A DNA stretch of 64,000 bases from an uncultured delta proteobacterium. Its GTDB lineage: Bacteria > Myxococcota_A > Polyangia > Fen-1088. The notes below the pieces were generated by a model. That model did no database searches and had not been told where the DNA came from. It worked only from the letters and a program-made list of their open reading frames with translations. Below, piece by piece: positions 32,133 through 45,634 of this stretch; positions within the stretch are counted from its first letter, which is position 1, and each line of letters opens with the position of its first letter. A program made the position numbers and the translations under genes. The stretch covers positions 32,001 through 96,000 of the forward strand of contig CAWCMR010000009.1 in NCBI GenBank assembly GCA_963796685.1, in the 5' to 3' direction.

Positions 32133-32487
32133 CGATCACGTGACCGTGTACCTCGACGTCAAGGACGGTGTCGTCCGTGACATCAGCTTCCAAGGCGAGG
32201 GCTGCGCCATCGCCAGGGCGTCGGCGTCCATGATGACGTCGGTGGTGAAGGGAAAGTCCTTGGCCGACGCCTCCGAGACCTTCAAGCGCTTCCGCCAGAT
32301 GATCACCGGCGGCCAGGATCCCTGCTTCGACCTCGAAGACCTGGGCAAGCTCGCCGCGTTCTCCGACGTAAGCGCGTTCCCCGTGCGGGTCAAGTGCGCA
32401 AGCCTCGCCTGGCACACCTTGAACGCGGCCATGCACGAGACCACGACCGAGCCCACCAGCGGCAGCGAGCCCAGCAAGGAGCCCTAA
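32133..32487 (+). pseudogene. sufU: 5'-truncated SufU
   Basis: Same as 9561-9915. Confidence 0.85.
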
Positions 32488-32489
32488 AA

Positions 32490-32885
32490 GTGACGGCGGC
32501 CCCCAATCCCCAGCCCGCACCCGACCCGCCCCCCGACCCGCCATCGGGCTCCACCGCCAACGATGCGGCCACCGCCCAGTTGGAGCGCCTGGTGTGGCAG
32601 GAGCTGCGCGAGTGCTACGACCCGGAGATCCCCGTCAACATCGTGGAGCTGGGGCTCGTCTACGCCATGAGGACCGAGCCCCTGCCCGAGGGCGGCCACC
32701 GGGTCGAGGTCCTCATGACCGTGACCTCTACTGCCTGTGGCATGTCCGAGATCCTGCGCAGCGAGGCCGACGCGCGCATTCGCAAGCTGCCCGGCGTGGC
32801 GCAGGTCGAGGTCGCCATCACCTTCGACCCGACCTGGACCCCCGAGCTCATGAGCGACGACGCGCGCATGATGCTGAATTTGTGA
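32490..32885 (+). CDS. sufT: SufT/DUF59
   Basis: Same as 9918-10313. Confidence 0.85.
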   Translation: MTAAPNPQPAPDPPPDPPSGSTANDAATAQLERLVWQELRECYDPEIPVNIVELGLVYAMRTEPLPEGGHRVEVLMTVTSTACGMSEILRSEADARIRKLPGVAQVEVAITFDPTWTPELMSDDARMMLNL

Positions 32886-34356
32886 TTAGAGAGAGCGTAG
32901 AGGGCGGAGGAGGGCGCGGAGGGCGGAGAAGCTCGGGAAGGTTTTGCCGACCGTGGCCGTGCCTCACCCACACAACGCCCGACACCCGCATCACGCACCT
33001 TCCGTGACCTGCTTGCCGAGAACCCTCCTTCATGGAGGCAGCCGCATGCGCAAAACCTGCGACCGGCTACACCTATGCCCGCCGGGAGCCGGAGAAGACC
33101 GCGCTCTTCCAGGTGCTCCAGCAGCACCTGCTCACCTTCGAGCAAGAGTGGACCGACAAGTCCGACGGCCGCACGCTGCCCAGCTTCGTCACCGACGAGC
33201 TACACGACTTTCTAGGGTGCGGAATCTTGGCGCGAGGCTTCGCACAATTCTTGTGCAAAACCTGCCACGAGCGGTACGTTGTGGCCTGGAGCTGTAAGGG
33301 TCGTGGCTTCTGTCCGAGCTGCGGAGGCAGACGCATGAACGCGGGTGCGCTGACTCTGGTCGATCACGTGCTGCCCGAAGTGCCCATCCGACAATTCGTG
33401 CTCACCCTGCCTTTCCCGCTGAGATTTCCCTTGGCTTTCGACGGGAAATTGCTGGGCCAAGTCCTGCGCATCTTCATCGACACCGTCGCGTCCAACTATC
33501 GCAAGCGCCTGGCAGATCGGGGCATCCCCGACGGCGAGTGCGGCGCCGTCACGGTCATCCAGCGCGCCAACAGCGACCTGCGTCTCTCACCGCATTTTCA
33601 CGTTCTCCAGCTCGATGGAGCGTACGCCCCTGGGCCCGACGGCGGTGCGCCCATCTTCCACCCGGCTCCGGAACTTACCCAAGAGGACATCCTTGCCATC
33701 GTCGCGCGCGCCAGTAAGCGCATCCTCCGCTTCCTCCAACGTCGCGGGGTCATCACCCTGGTGACCGCGCCAGGCGACGGCGAGATCACCGTCGTCACCG
33801 ACGAGACCATCGGCGAGAAGGATCCGCTCCTGGCTCGCTTGTTGGCCGCCGCCACCGCTGGCGCCTCGCCTGCCGGCCCTGCGCACAAGCGGGCTCCCGT
33901 GCGCATCGTGCTCGACCCTGGCGCCACGCCCGTGGCCAAGGGCAAACTATGCGGCCAGCAAGCAGGCTTCAACCTGCATGCTCAAACCAAAGTCGCCGCC
34001 AACGACAAGAAGGGTCGCGAAAACCTGTGCAAGTACATCTTGCGCCCGCCTCTCGCCAATGACCGCCTCAAGATCCTCGACGACAAAACCGTCAGGCTCG
34101 ACTTCAAGAAGCCCTGGTCGGATGGCACATCGTCGGTCGACCTTGCGCCGCTCGCCCTCATTGCGAGGCTAGCCGCGATCATCCCTCCTCCTCGTCGCCA
34201 TGTCGTCAGATATTCGGGGGTTATCTCCTCGCACAGCTCTCTCCGCAGCCAGGTCGTCCCCGTCCCCGCCGTGGCGGCACCCGAGGAAAAGGACAAGCCT
34301 TCACTGCCGCTCTCGCACTATATTTCTTGGAGCCAGCTCCTCAAAAAGACATTCGA

Positions 34357-34646
34357 TCACCCTATCAACTACAGCTCACACCGAGGATCTGACAGGTCCA
34401 GTGCGGGTCACCCACCCGTTCCACCCGAAGTTCGGGCAGGAGCTCGACGTGATTGTTCGCCGGTACAGCTGGGGTGAAGATCGGGTCTTCTACCGCGAGC
34501 CAGCCGGAAACCTAGCGTCGCTGCCCTCTCGCTGGACGAGTGTCCTGCCCGAGGATCTGTTTGTTGTCGTGGCGGCCGGCCGGTCTCGGTTTCGGGTGCG
34601 GGATTTGATCGATCTCACCGCACTGGTGGGGAGGCTTCGCAGGTGA
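34357..34646 (+). CDS. DUF5372/Y4bD-like small protein, 3' part (start codon lies at the far end of the element, 37689)
   Basis: VRVTHPFHP..RRYSWGEDRVFY..SLPSRWT..GRSRFRVRDL; no ATG in this segment. Confidence 0.7.
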
Positions 34647-34865
34647 GAGCGACGCGCGTAGCGGCGGAAGTGTGTAAGGCCATTTTTGCCGTCTGTGTAA
34701 TTGTGATTATGCCGTCCCGTGGTCAGGGTGGCACTTCAAATGGCACGATGAGTGTGCATTTAAGCGTCTGCATCCACTGCCCTGCCTGGCGATTTTGGGT
34801 TGACATCTCTACTTGCAACGGCGTTAATAGAGTTACACTACCTTCCGGTCACCCTGGAGACGCCC

Positions 34866-35333
34866 ATGAGCAAGACCAAACCCTCCGACCCCAAGCTCGC
34901 AGCCCTGCGACAGCATGGCTGCCTCAATCCCCATCCGGACAAGGTCGCCGATCCGATCTTCGCCTCCTCCGACTTCTTCGACCCCCGCGATCTGGTCCAG
35001 GTCAAGTACGAGATGGTGCGGCGTGTGCGCGTGGACGGACAGCCTGTCAGCCACAGCGCGGCCGCGTACGGATTCTCACGTCCCGCGTTCTATCAAGCGC
35101 AAACCGTTCTCGACCGCGGCGGCCTGGCGGCTCTGGTGCCGAGAAAGCCAGGACCGCGACGGTCGCACAAGCTGAGCACGGACGTGATGGAGTTTCTACA
35201 GCGAGAGCGGTCCACGGATTCGTCGCTGCGCCCGCCGGACTTGGCACGCCTGGTTCTGGAGCGTTTCGGCCGCAAGGTTCATCCTCGCAGCGTCGAACGG
35301 GCGCTCACACGACAGGAAAAAAAACGGCGGTGA
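34866..35333 (+). CDS. HTH DNA-binding protein of the recombinase element
   Basis: LNPHP..FFDPRDLVQVKYEMVR..GFSRPAFY..KPGPR..HKL. Confidence 0.8.
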   Translation: MSKTKPSDPKLAALRQHGCLNPHPDKVADPIFASSDFFDPRDLVQVKYEMVRRVRVDGQPVSHSAAAYGFSRPAFYQAQTVLDRGGLAALVPRKPGPRRSHKLSTDVMEFLQRERSTDSSLRPPDLARLVLERFGRKVHPRSVERALTRQEKKRR

Positions 35334-35635
35334 TCGTTTCGCCCGCGGCAACGGGTGGCAGCGACACCGCCATCGCGGAGTACGAAGAGTTGCGCTGTCG
35401 CGTTCTCGCGGGAGCTGGCGCACGCGACTGCGACCTTGGACAGCTGTTTCTTCTCCGCGAAGGGATCGTCGCCTGGATAGCCCACGGAACGACTTCTACG
35501 GCGCCGGCGAATCTCACGGCAGATCGGGACAGTGACGTGACAGCACCGGTCCTTTCCGACGAGATCCACGCCGGCATGGTGCGTGTGTTGGCCAACATGG
35601 CCTTGGCAGTAGGACGAAGGGAGATGACGACATGA
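35330..35635 (+). CDS. Small hypothetical protein of the recombinase element
   Basis: GTGA and ATGA coupling to both neighbours; YEELR..GIVAW. Confidence 0.6.
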   Translation: MIVSPAATGGSDTAIAEYEELRCRVLAGAGARDCDLGQLFLLREGIVAWIAHGTTSTAPANLTADRDSDVTAPVLSDEIHAGMVRVLANMALAVGRREMTT

Positions 35636-37692
35636 GATCCGAAGGACATCAGAAAGTCACCACCAGCCACCTCAAGCGGGATGCCTATCTGTACGTCAGA
35701 CAATCGACAGTCCGGCAGGTCATTGAGAATACCGAGAGCACGCAGCGGCAGTATGCTCTCCGCCAGCGTGCCGTTGCTTTGGGCTGGCCAAACGATCGGG
35801 TCATCGTCATCGACACAGATCTCGGCCAGTCAGGAGCTTCCGCGGTCGACCGCGTGGGTTTCCAGAAGCTCGTGGCCGAGGTCGGGATGGGGCACGCTGG
35901 TATCGTGCTTGGCTTGGAGGTCTCTCGACTGGCGCGCAATTCCACTGACTGGCACCGATTGCTCGAGATCTGCGCACTGACCGACACCTTGATTCTCGAC
36001 GAGGATGGCATCTACGACCCCGCGCACTTCAACGACCGGCTGTTGCTCGGGCTCAAGGGAACGATGAGTGAAGCCGAGTTGCACGTCTTGCGAGCTCGCC
36101 TGCGCGGCGGCATCATCAACAAGGCGCGCCGGGGCGAATTGCATTGTCGCCTACCTGTTGGCTTCGTCTACGACGGTGGCGGGCGCGTCGTCCTTGATCC
36201 GGACAAGCAAGTGCAAGAGAGCGTGCGATTGCTGTTCGCGACTTTCGCACGAACAGGGGCAGCGCATGCCACGCTCAAGTACTTCCGACAAGAGAAGCTG
36301 CTATTCCCCACACGTCTGGGTGCCGGGGCGAGCAAGGGTGAGCTGGCTTGGACGCCGCTCAGCCTGGCACGCACTGCCAGCATCCTGCACAACCCGTGGT
36401 ATGCGGGCGCGTACGCATTCGGTAGAAACCGCTGGCGAAAAAGACCGGACGGAAGCAACTCCTGCCGACGAGAACGCTTACCGCGCGCCGAGTGGCTTGC
36501 TCTGCTTCGGGATGCCCACCCCGCGTACATCTCATGGCAAGAGTACGAGCGCATCGACCAGCGCTTGCAGGCCAGTGCCAAGTCCCTCGGCTGGGAGCGA
36601 GGCCGGGAATCTCCTCGTGAGGGTCCAGCCCTGTTGCAAGGACGCACGATCTGCGGACTCTGCGGCTGCCGAATGGGCGTTCACTACAACACTCGACGCT
36701 CAGGTCAGCTCATTCCCAACTATGTGTGCTCCGGACACGGCCGTCTCCTTGGCGACGGCTCATGCCAGAGCATTCTGGGAACGGAAATCGACGCAGCCGT
36801 CAGCAAGTTGCTGGTCGAGGCCGTGACACCGATGGCGCTCGAAATGACCCTCGCCATCCAGCAGGAGATCGCGGCCCGCCTCGACGAGGCCGATCGGCTG
36901 CGCCACCGCCAAGTCGAGCGAGCCCAGTACGAGGCTGACCACGCCCGCCGTCGCTACATGCAGGTGGATGGCGCCAACCGGTTGGTCGCAGATTCACTGG
37001 AAGCAGAGTGGAACACCAAGCTGCGTGCGCTTTCCAAGGCCCAGGAGGAATACCTGCGCCAGCACGAGGCCGACCGACTCACCGTCGGCAAGGATGAGCG
37101 CCAGCGCATCCTCGCTCTCGTCACGGATTTCCCCGCCGTCTGGCGTGACCCCAATACGCCCCAGCGCGAGCGCAAGCGCATACTGGCGCTTCTGATCGAA
37201 GACATCACCCTGATCAAGCGGCGCGAAATCACCGTGAAGATCCGCTTCCGCGGCGGTGCAACCACTACCTTGACACTGCCTCGTCCACTCACGCCCCAGC
37301 AACTGCGTGCCACACACCCCGAAGTCCGTCAGCAGATCGACGCCCTCCTCGACGAGTACACCAACGCTCAGGTCGCCAACCAACTTAACAAGCAACAGAT
37401 GCGCACCGGCACTGGCGAGTCCTTCAATGCCGTGAGCGTCCAGTGGGTACGCTTCTCGGCCAAGCTCAAGAGTCTCAAGGAACGACTCATCGAAGCTGGC
37501 TGGCTGACAAGTAAGCAGGTCGCTGCCCTGCTCGGCGTCAGCCTTTCGACCGTCAGTAGTTTGCGCAACAAGGGGCGCCTCAAGGGACGTATATGCAGCG
37601 ACAAAGGCGAGTGGCTATACTGGCCATCCGACATCCCCACAAGTCCTTCACCAACACCAACTGTTACATCCACTGCGAGAGGTGCAATATGA
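35632..37692 (+). CDS. Large serine recombinase (resolvase, recombinase, Zn-ribbon, C-terminal HTH)
   Basis: AYLYVRQST, SRLARN, CGLCG..YVC, coiled coil. Confidence 0.92.
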   Translation: MRSEGHQKVTTSHLKRDAYLYVRQSTVRQVIENTESTQRQYALRQRAVALGWPNDRVIVIDTDLGQSGASAVDRVGFQKLVAEVGMGHAGIVLGLEVSRLARNSTDWHRLLEICALTDTLILDEDGIYDPAHFNDRLLLGLKGTMSEAELHVLRARLRGGIINKARRGELHCRLPVGFVYDGGGRVVLDPDKQVQESVRLLFATFARTGAAHATLKYFRQEKLLFPTRLGAGASKGELAWTPLSLARTASILHNPWYAGAYAFGRNRWRKRPDGSNSCRRERLPRAEWLALLRDAHPAYISWQEYERIDQRLQASAKSLGWERGRESPREGPALLQGRTICGLCGCRMGVHYNTRRSGQLIPNYVCSGHGRLLGDGSCQSILGTEIDAAVSKLLVEAVTPMALEMTLAIQQEIAARLDEADRLRHRQVERAQYEADHARRRYMQVDGANRLVADSLEAEWNTKLRALSKAQEEYLRQHEADRLTVGKDERQRILALVTDFPAVWRDPNTPQRERKRILALLIEDITLIKRREITVKIRFRGGATTTLTLPRPLTPQQLRATHPEVRQQIDALLDEYTNAQVANQLNKQQMRTGTGESFNAVSVQWVRFSAKLKSLKERLIEAGWLTSKQVAALLGVSLSTVSSLRNKGRLKGRICSDKGEWLYWPSDIPTSPSPTPTVTSTARGAI

Positions 37693-38056
37693 AAAGCGAT
37701 CCTTCGAGATCGACACCGTCTGCCCTCGCTGCAAGAGCCCGCTGCATCTCATCGCCATGATCGAGACCGAGGACACCATCAAGAAGATTCTCAAAGCCAT
37801 GGGACTGCCTACCGAGGCGCCCAAACTCCGGCCTGCACGACCGCCGCCCTCGCAATCTGGTGGCGAGGGCGGAGACTGGCTGAACTGACGGCACGTCGAC
37901 CAGGGCGGGTTGGAGTAGACTGCCCTGCGTGCTCGAGAAAGACCCCGCCAGGCCCCAGAAACCCGGTCACGTGCGCTGCGCAGACGTGATCGGGGCCGAC
38001 CTAACGCGTCCCGGCAGGGTTCTCAGACGCTCAAAAACCCCCTTCGAATCGCCTAT

Positions 38057-38343
38057 GGCCGCGGCAATACTTCCGGCCTTTGACTGGCGCTGGTGTGCTC
38101 GCATACTCGCGGATTTTGAATGATACGGAGGTCGTAGTGGTCGCCAACCCAAACCAGGGCGCAACGATCACGACCAATGTGGTGGTGGACCTGAGCTTGA
38201 CGCCGCCTGGACGGCGACCGGCCGTACTTTTCAGCAACCTGGGCGTGCTAGGGGCCACGGCTCCCGGCGTGGCATCGTTATCCGCTGGTTGCTCGATCCT
38301 CCCCGTAACGCTCCGGCCGATGGAGGCTCAGGTGCTCGGGTGA
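38057..38343 (+). pseudogene. C-terminal beta-sandwich fragment of an alpha-amylase-like gene
   Basis: GVLAYSRILNDTEVVVVAN..VTLRPMEAQVL; cut at the IS junction. Confidence 0.55.
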
Positions 38344-38344
38344 T

Positions 38345-38782
38345 TTGAACTCTCGTGGTGCGCGTGGCGGCTCCAAGCCCTCGGGCCGCGGAAAACCAGC
38401 GTCCAAGTTTCTCCACGCGGTCGCGTGCGAACAGGGTTTGCCGGTCGCGAACAACCTCGTGGACATCAACAACCTCGTGTCGCTTGTGACCGCGCTGCCA
38501 ATTACCATTTTCGATACCGACAAGCTGGGCACGCCGGCGGTTGTCCGCTTCGATCGCCCCGATGAACGCTGCGTCTTCAATGCGTCGGGCCAGAGCATGG
38601 ACGTGACTGGTATCCCCGTGATCTGCCGTACAGCCACCGACGAACCCGCAGGCAATGCCGTCAAGGATTCGATGCTGGCCAACGTCCGTCCCGAGACCCG
38701 CAACATCCTCGCGGTTGTCTACGGGTCCACCAAGCGCGACGGTGGTCTCCTGGAACGTGCCGCACACGAGCTACTGACGTAG
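38345..38782 (+). pseudogene. B3/4 (PheT-like) domain protein fragment
   Basis: GRGKPAS, NNLVDINNLVSL..PITIFDTDKL; no clear start. Confidence 0.55.
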
Positions 38783-39142
38783 CTCGCCGAGTTCGCCTTC
38801 GCCCAGGACTGCGCGCGGACCACCATTCCGGGCTAGGATCGAACCGTTCCCAAACCGTCCGAAGATCACGGGTTCCAAGTACCCGAAACCATGAGGCCGA
38901 GAGAATGGGAAACTGCGGTCCGGAACCGGTCGTTTCTGGAATTGTCGTGAACCTCGAAGGTCGTGAACAAAGCGTCACCTGCGGATCTGCGATGCCTCAA
39001 GCCAGGCCGCTCTCTCTCCCTCCGCTTGGTGAACGTGCCAGCCTTGAATCGCGAGGCCCTTCGATACGGTTGCACCCGGGCAGAGCCTCTGGATGTCGTT
39101 GGAGCTGTGCCCCAGGCAATGAGGGGCTCCATGAGGAACACC

Positions 39143-40114
39143 CTAGAGCGCCAGGGCGTCCGACTGGTAACCTGTTCCTGGCCGGTTCTTGCCCGACCTC
39201 TTGGCGAGTCGCAAAGACACGACCTTCGCGGGCGCCTGGTCCTTGCGGAGCGATTCGATATCTCGACGCGGAGGCGCCCCGAAGAGCCGACGGTACTCTC
39301 GGCTGAACTGCGTGGGGCTCTCGTAGCCGACCTTGAAGCTCGCCTCGGCCGCATCCAAGGCTTCCCCTAGCATCAGGCGTCTCGCCTCCTGCAAGCGAAG
39401 ACTCTTCTGGTACTGCAGCGGGCTCAGAGCGGTCACTGCCTTGAAGTGGCGATGCAGAGCCGAAGGGCTCATCCCGGCCTGCTTTGCGAGCGATTCGACC
39501 CGAAGTGGCTCCAAGTAGTGCACCTTGAGCCATCTTAAGGCATGGGTAATACGCTGGCCCTGGTCGTTGCCCGAGATGATCTGTCTGAGCCGCTGGCCTT
39601 CCGGACCGATTAGTAGGCGGTAGGTGATTTCCCGTCGGATGAGTGGCGCAAGAACCTGCGCATCCCTTGGATTGTCGAGCAGCGCGACCAGACGGGTCAC
39701 CGAGTCGAGTAGCAGCGGGTCGAGGGTGCTCACGGCAAGCGCACCCGTCGCCAGACCCGGCGGCTGTCGCGGTCCGAGTTGGGCGACCACCTCGCCAACC
39801 TCCAGCGGGTCGAGAACGAGTCTGAGCGCCAAGTAGGGCTTCTCGGCCGTGGCCGCGACGATACGTGCAGTCGCCGGGACGTCCGCAGCGATGAGCAAAT
39901 ACCTCGCGGCATCGTAGCGATACTCCCGATCGCCAAACAAGACTCGTTTGCTGCCTTGGGCAATCACGCACAGAGCAGGCTCATACAGGACGTTCACAGG
40001 CGGCGATGGCTTCGCGTACCGGTAGAGCGTCAGACCGCGTATTTCCGTCGGGTAGTTTCCCTCCGCGAGGGTCTTTCCTTCTATCAGCCTTGCGAGCGTG
40101 AACAGTCGAGTCAT
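39143..40114 (-). CDS. AraC-family regulator (AraC_N plus HTH)
   Basis: YEPALCVIAQGSK, MSPSALHRHFK..SPLQYQKSLRL, YESPTQFSREYRRLFG. Confidence 0.93.
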   Translation of the reverse strand: MTRLFTLARLIEGKTLAEGNYPTEIRGLTLYRYAKPSPPVNVLYEPALCVIAQGSKRVLFGDREYRYDAARYLLIAADVPATARIVAATAEKPYLALRLVLDPLEVGEVVAQLGPRQPPGLATGALAVSTLDPLLLDSVTRLVALLDNPRDAQVLAPLIRREITYRLLIGPEGQRLRQIISGNDQGQRITHALRWLKVHYLEPLRVESLAKQAGMSPSALHRHFKAVTALSPLQYQKSLRLQEARRLMLGEALDAAEASFKVGYESPTQFSREYRRLFGAPPRRDIESLRKDQAPAKVVSLRLAKRSGKNRPGTGYQSDALAL

Positions 40115-40196
40115 GGAAGCCTCACGGCCAGAAGCTTGCAGGATTAGGCAAGAACTGTCCAGGAGCGGGATACCGCCCGTCCAGACCGAGTGCTAG

Positions 40197-41360
<1,164 letters not shown>

Positions 41361-41385
41361 TCGAATCCAGAAGGAGCCACATCCC

Positions 41386-42946
<1,561 letters not shown>

Positions 42947-42950
<4 letters not shown>

Positions 42951-43250
42951 CCACGAAGCCGATCACGAACGTGAGCGCATCCGTGCGTGCGAGACTCCTG
43001 GAACTCTCGCGCAAGAATGGTGAACAGTTCAATTTCCTCCTGACCCGCTACGCCCTTGAACGGCTGTTGTACCGGCTGGGCAGCACGAACCGACAAAGAT
43101 TCGTCCTCAAGGGTGCGATGTTGTTTGCCCTCTGGACCACGACAGCGCGACATCGCCCGACGGTGGACATGGACCTCCTGGGCTACGGTCCCCCGAGTCT
43201 CGACAACATCAGGTCAATCTTTCAGACTGTAGCCTCTCTCGCCACGACCG
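42947..43250 (+). pseudogene. 3'-truncated AbiEii toxin
   Basis: ASVRARL, YALERLLYRL, FVLKGAMLF, RPTVDMDLL; ends at the SDR junction. Confidence 0.8.
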
Positions 43251-43258
43251 GCGCTCCT

Positions 43259-44245
43259 TCAGGACACGGCGCTCAAGGTTGCTGCGGAGGAGAAGTCGAC
43301 GCCGGAGACCTTGACGACGGCCTGCCACGCGGCTTCCTGGCTGGCGCGATCGTAGAGGTGTGGCTGGCGCTGCACCTCAGTTGGGCCTGAGAACTTCCCT
43401 TTCGCCGAGGCGAAGAATTGCCCTGAGACGTCGGTTCCGAACTCCGACGCCTGGAGGTACCGACGGGCCGCGGTCTCCGGCGTCTGATTCATGCCGGGAA
43501 TGAGGTTCACGATTGGGATAAACAGATACTTCAACAACGGGCCAGCGTTTCGCACCACCTTGGTGGCGGTCGCCCCACCGGGCGAGACAGCGTACACGGC
43601 CATGCCGGAGGGGAGCCGGCGCGCCAGCGCCGCGACCCACCAAGCGATAATAAGCTTCGCGTCGGCATACGTATTGTTGGGCACGTACTTCACGTTTGGC
43701 CCGTTGCGAATCAGGGCTTCGATAGCGGCGGTCCGGTCTCCCCGGAAGTATTTGGCCGCGAAGGCTGACACATCGGTGTAGCTGAACATCGGCACGCCCC
43801 CACGGGCAGGTTCCGCGCCGGCGATGACAATCCGCGCGTTGGGGCTCAGCAGGTTGGCGCGGAGCAAACCGATAGTTAGTTGATGATGGCCGATGAGCGG
43901 GGCCTGAGCTTCCTCGATGCCCGCCGCGGTGATCACGCGCTTCTTGCCTGGGACCATCCCTGCATTGAGCAGCAGGAAATCGATCGGCTGACCCCGCTTG
44001 ACAAGCTCGGCAACGGCGGACTGAACGCTGGACGGCGCGTCCAGATCCAACTCCAGCGGCGTAAAAATCACTGTTTTGTTGTCAGCCGCGAGTTGAGCGG
44101 CCGCTTGCTGGGCCCCGGCCAGGCTGCGCCCGGTGACGATGATCTCGTGCCAGCCCTCTCCGGCGAGCAGGCGGGCCGCCGCATGGCCGAGCCCGGAAGT
44201 GGCGCCGGTGACGAAAGCGATCGAATGTTCCATAGGCGTCTCCAT
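43259..44245 (-). CDS. Short-chain dehydrogenase/reductase
   Basis: TGATSGLG, LNAG, YADAK, VSPG. Confidence 0.88.
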   Translation of the reverse strand: METPMEHSIAFVTGATSGLGHAAARLLAGEGWHEIIVTGRSLAGAQQAAAQLAADNKTVIFTPLELDLDAPSSVQSAVAELVKRGQPIDFLLLNAGMVPGKKRVITAAGIEEAQAPLIGHHQLTIGLLRANLLSPNARIVIAGAEPARGGVPMFSYTDVSAFAAKYFRGDRTAAIEALIRNGPNVKYVPNNTYADAKLIIAWWVAALARRLPSGMAVYAVSPGGATATKVVRNAGPLLKYLFIPIVNLIPGMNQTPETAARRYLQASEFGTDVSGQFFASAKGKFSGPTEVQRQPHLYDRASQEAAWQAVVKVSGVDFSSAATLSAVS

Positions 44246-44359
44246 GGTGAAGGGTGAAAGCCGAGTCGTGAGGCCCCGCGAGGCCAGTAACCGGCTTGCT
44301 AATTTAGAACTATTCAGTTATATATTGGTGCGAGAAACTGTCAAGGAGTTTTGAACCAA

Positions 44360-44945
44360 ATGATTCAAAATGCCGCTAGGCCGCGGGGTCGACCACGCAG
44401 CTTCGACGAGACGGAGGCGCTGGAAAAGGCGACTCAGGTGTTCTGGTCGAAAGGCTACGACGGAGTGACGATTGACGATCTCGTCGCCGGGATGGGTGTG
44501 GGACGGCCGAGCCTGTATGCCGTCTTCGGGGACAAGCGTGCGATATTCTTGCGCGCCCTCAAGGCGTATGCAGAGAGGAAGGGCGCATCAGCCGCGAAGG
44601 CACTCCTTTCGCCACAGAGTCTTCGCGACTCGATCGCGAGCTTTCTGAGGTACGCCGTCGAAAGTGCGACCGAGAAAGGGTCCGCTCGGGGCTGCCTTAT
44701 GATGTGCGTCGCGCCGCTGGTGAACGACGCTGAGGTCCGGCAGTTCCTACAGAACGCAGCGGCTGGCGGCGTGGCGCTAGTGGAACGTCGTTTCCGGGAC
44801 GGGATCAGCGCGGGAGAAATCCCATCTGACTTTCCCGTGGCCACGCGCGCAACCCAGGTCACGGATTTAGCGCGTGGGCTGACCATGCGTGCGCAGATAG
44901 GCACGCCACGCAAGACGCTTCTCAAAGAGGCTGAGGAAGCCGCCC
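44360..44945 (+). CDS. TetR-family regulator (stop codon lost; frame runs on into sufT)
   Basis: RGRPRSFD..FWSKGYDG..RPSLYAVFGDK, GCLM. Confidence 0.85.
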
Positions 44946-45018
44946 ACAGAACGACCACGGTCGTGCCCATCGCGTCGGCGGCGCTGTATTGTGGCTGCGT
45001 TTGGGGAGCGAAGCTCAC

Positions 45019-45167
45019 ACCTGGGCAAGCTCGCCGCGTTCTCCGACGTAAGCGCGTTCCCCGTGCGGGTCAAGTGCGCAAGCCTCGCCTGGCACACCTT
45101 GAACGCGGCCATGCACGAGACCACGACCGAGCCCACCAGCGGCAGCGAGCCCAGCAAGGAGCCCTAA
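45019..45167 (+). pseudogene. sufU: sufU 3' fragment
   Basis: Identity to the passenger begins at 45019. Confidence 0.8.
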
Positions 45168-45169
45168 AA

Positions 45170-45565
45170 GTGACGGCGGCCCCCGATCCCCAGCCCGCAC
45201 CCGACCCGCCCCCCGACCCGCCATCGGGCTCCACCGCCAACGATGCGGCCACCGCCCAGTTGGAGCGCCTGGTGTGGCAGGAGCTGCGCGAGTGCTACGA
45301 CCCGGAGATCCCCGTCAACATCGTGGAGCTGGGGCTCGTCTACGCCATGAGGACCGAGCCCCTGCCCGAGGGCGGCCACCGGGTCGAGGTCCTCATGACC
45401 GTGACCTCTACTGCCTGTGGCATGTCCGAGATCCTGCGCAGCGAGGCCGACGCGCGCATTCGCAAGCTGCCCGGCGTGGCGCAGGTCGAGGTCGCCATCA
45501 CCTTCGACCCGACCTGGACCCCCGAGCTCATGAGCGACGACGCGCGCATGATGCTGAATTTGTGA
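45170..45565 (+). CDS. sufT: SufT/DUF59
   Basis: Same as other copies with one N-to-D change. Confidence 0.85.
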   Translation: MTAAPDPQPAPDPPPDPPSGSTANDAATAQLERLVWQELRECYDPEIPVNIVELGLVYAMRTEPLPEGGHRVEVLMTVTSTACGMSEILRSEADARIRKLPGVAQVEVAITFDPTWTPELMSDDARMMLNL

Positions 45566-45634
45566 CTGGAGAGAGCGCAGAGGGCGGAGGAGGGCGCGGA
45601 GGGCGGAGAAGCTCGGGAAGGTTTTGCCGACCGT

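Larger units (their letters stand above)
34357..37707 (+). mobile_element. 3351-bp large-serine-recombinase integrative element (4 genes)
   Basis: TTCGA core repeated at 34352-34356 and 37703-37707; removing it exactly restores the IS transposase. Confidence 0.88.
32955..38056 (+). mobile_element. IS91/ISCR copy E; transposase split (33032-34356 and 37708-37888) by a serine-recombinase element
   Basis: Transposase stops at KKTF and resumes at FEIDTVCPRC; GGCC at 38057-38060. Confidence 0.9.

Noticed and set aside
31878-32885. Functional suf operon
   Set aside because: sufS and sufU are truncated and fused by deletion; sufBCD are absent.
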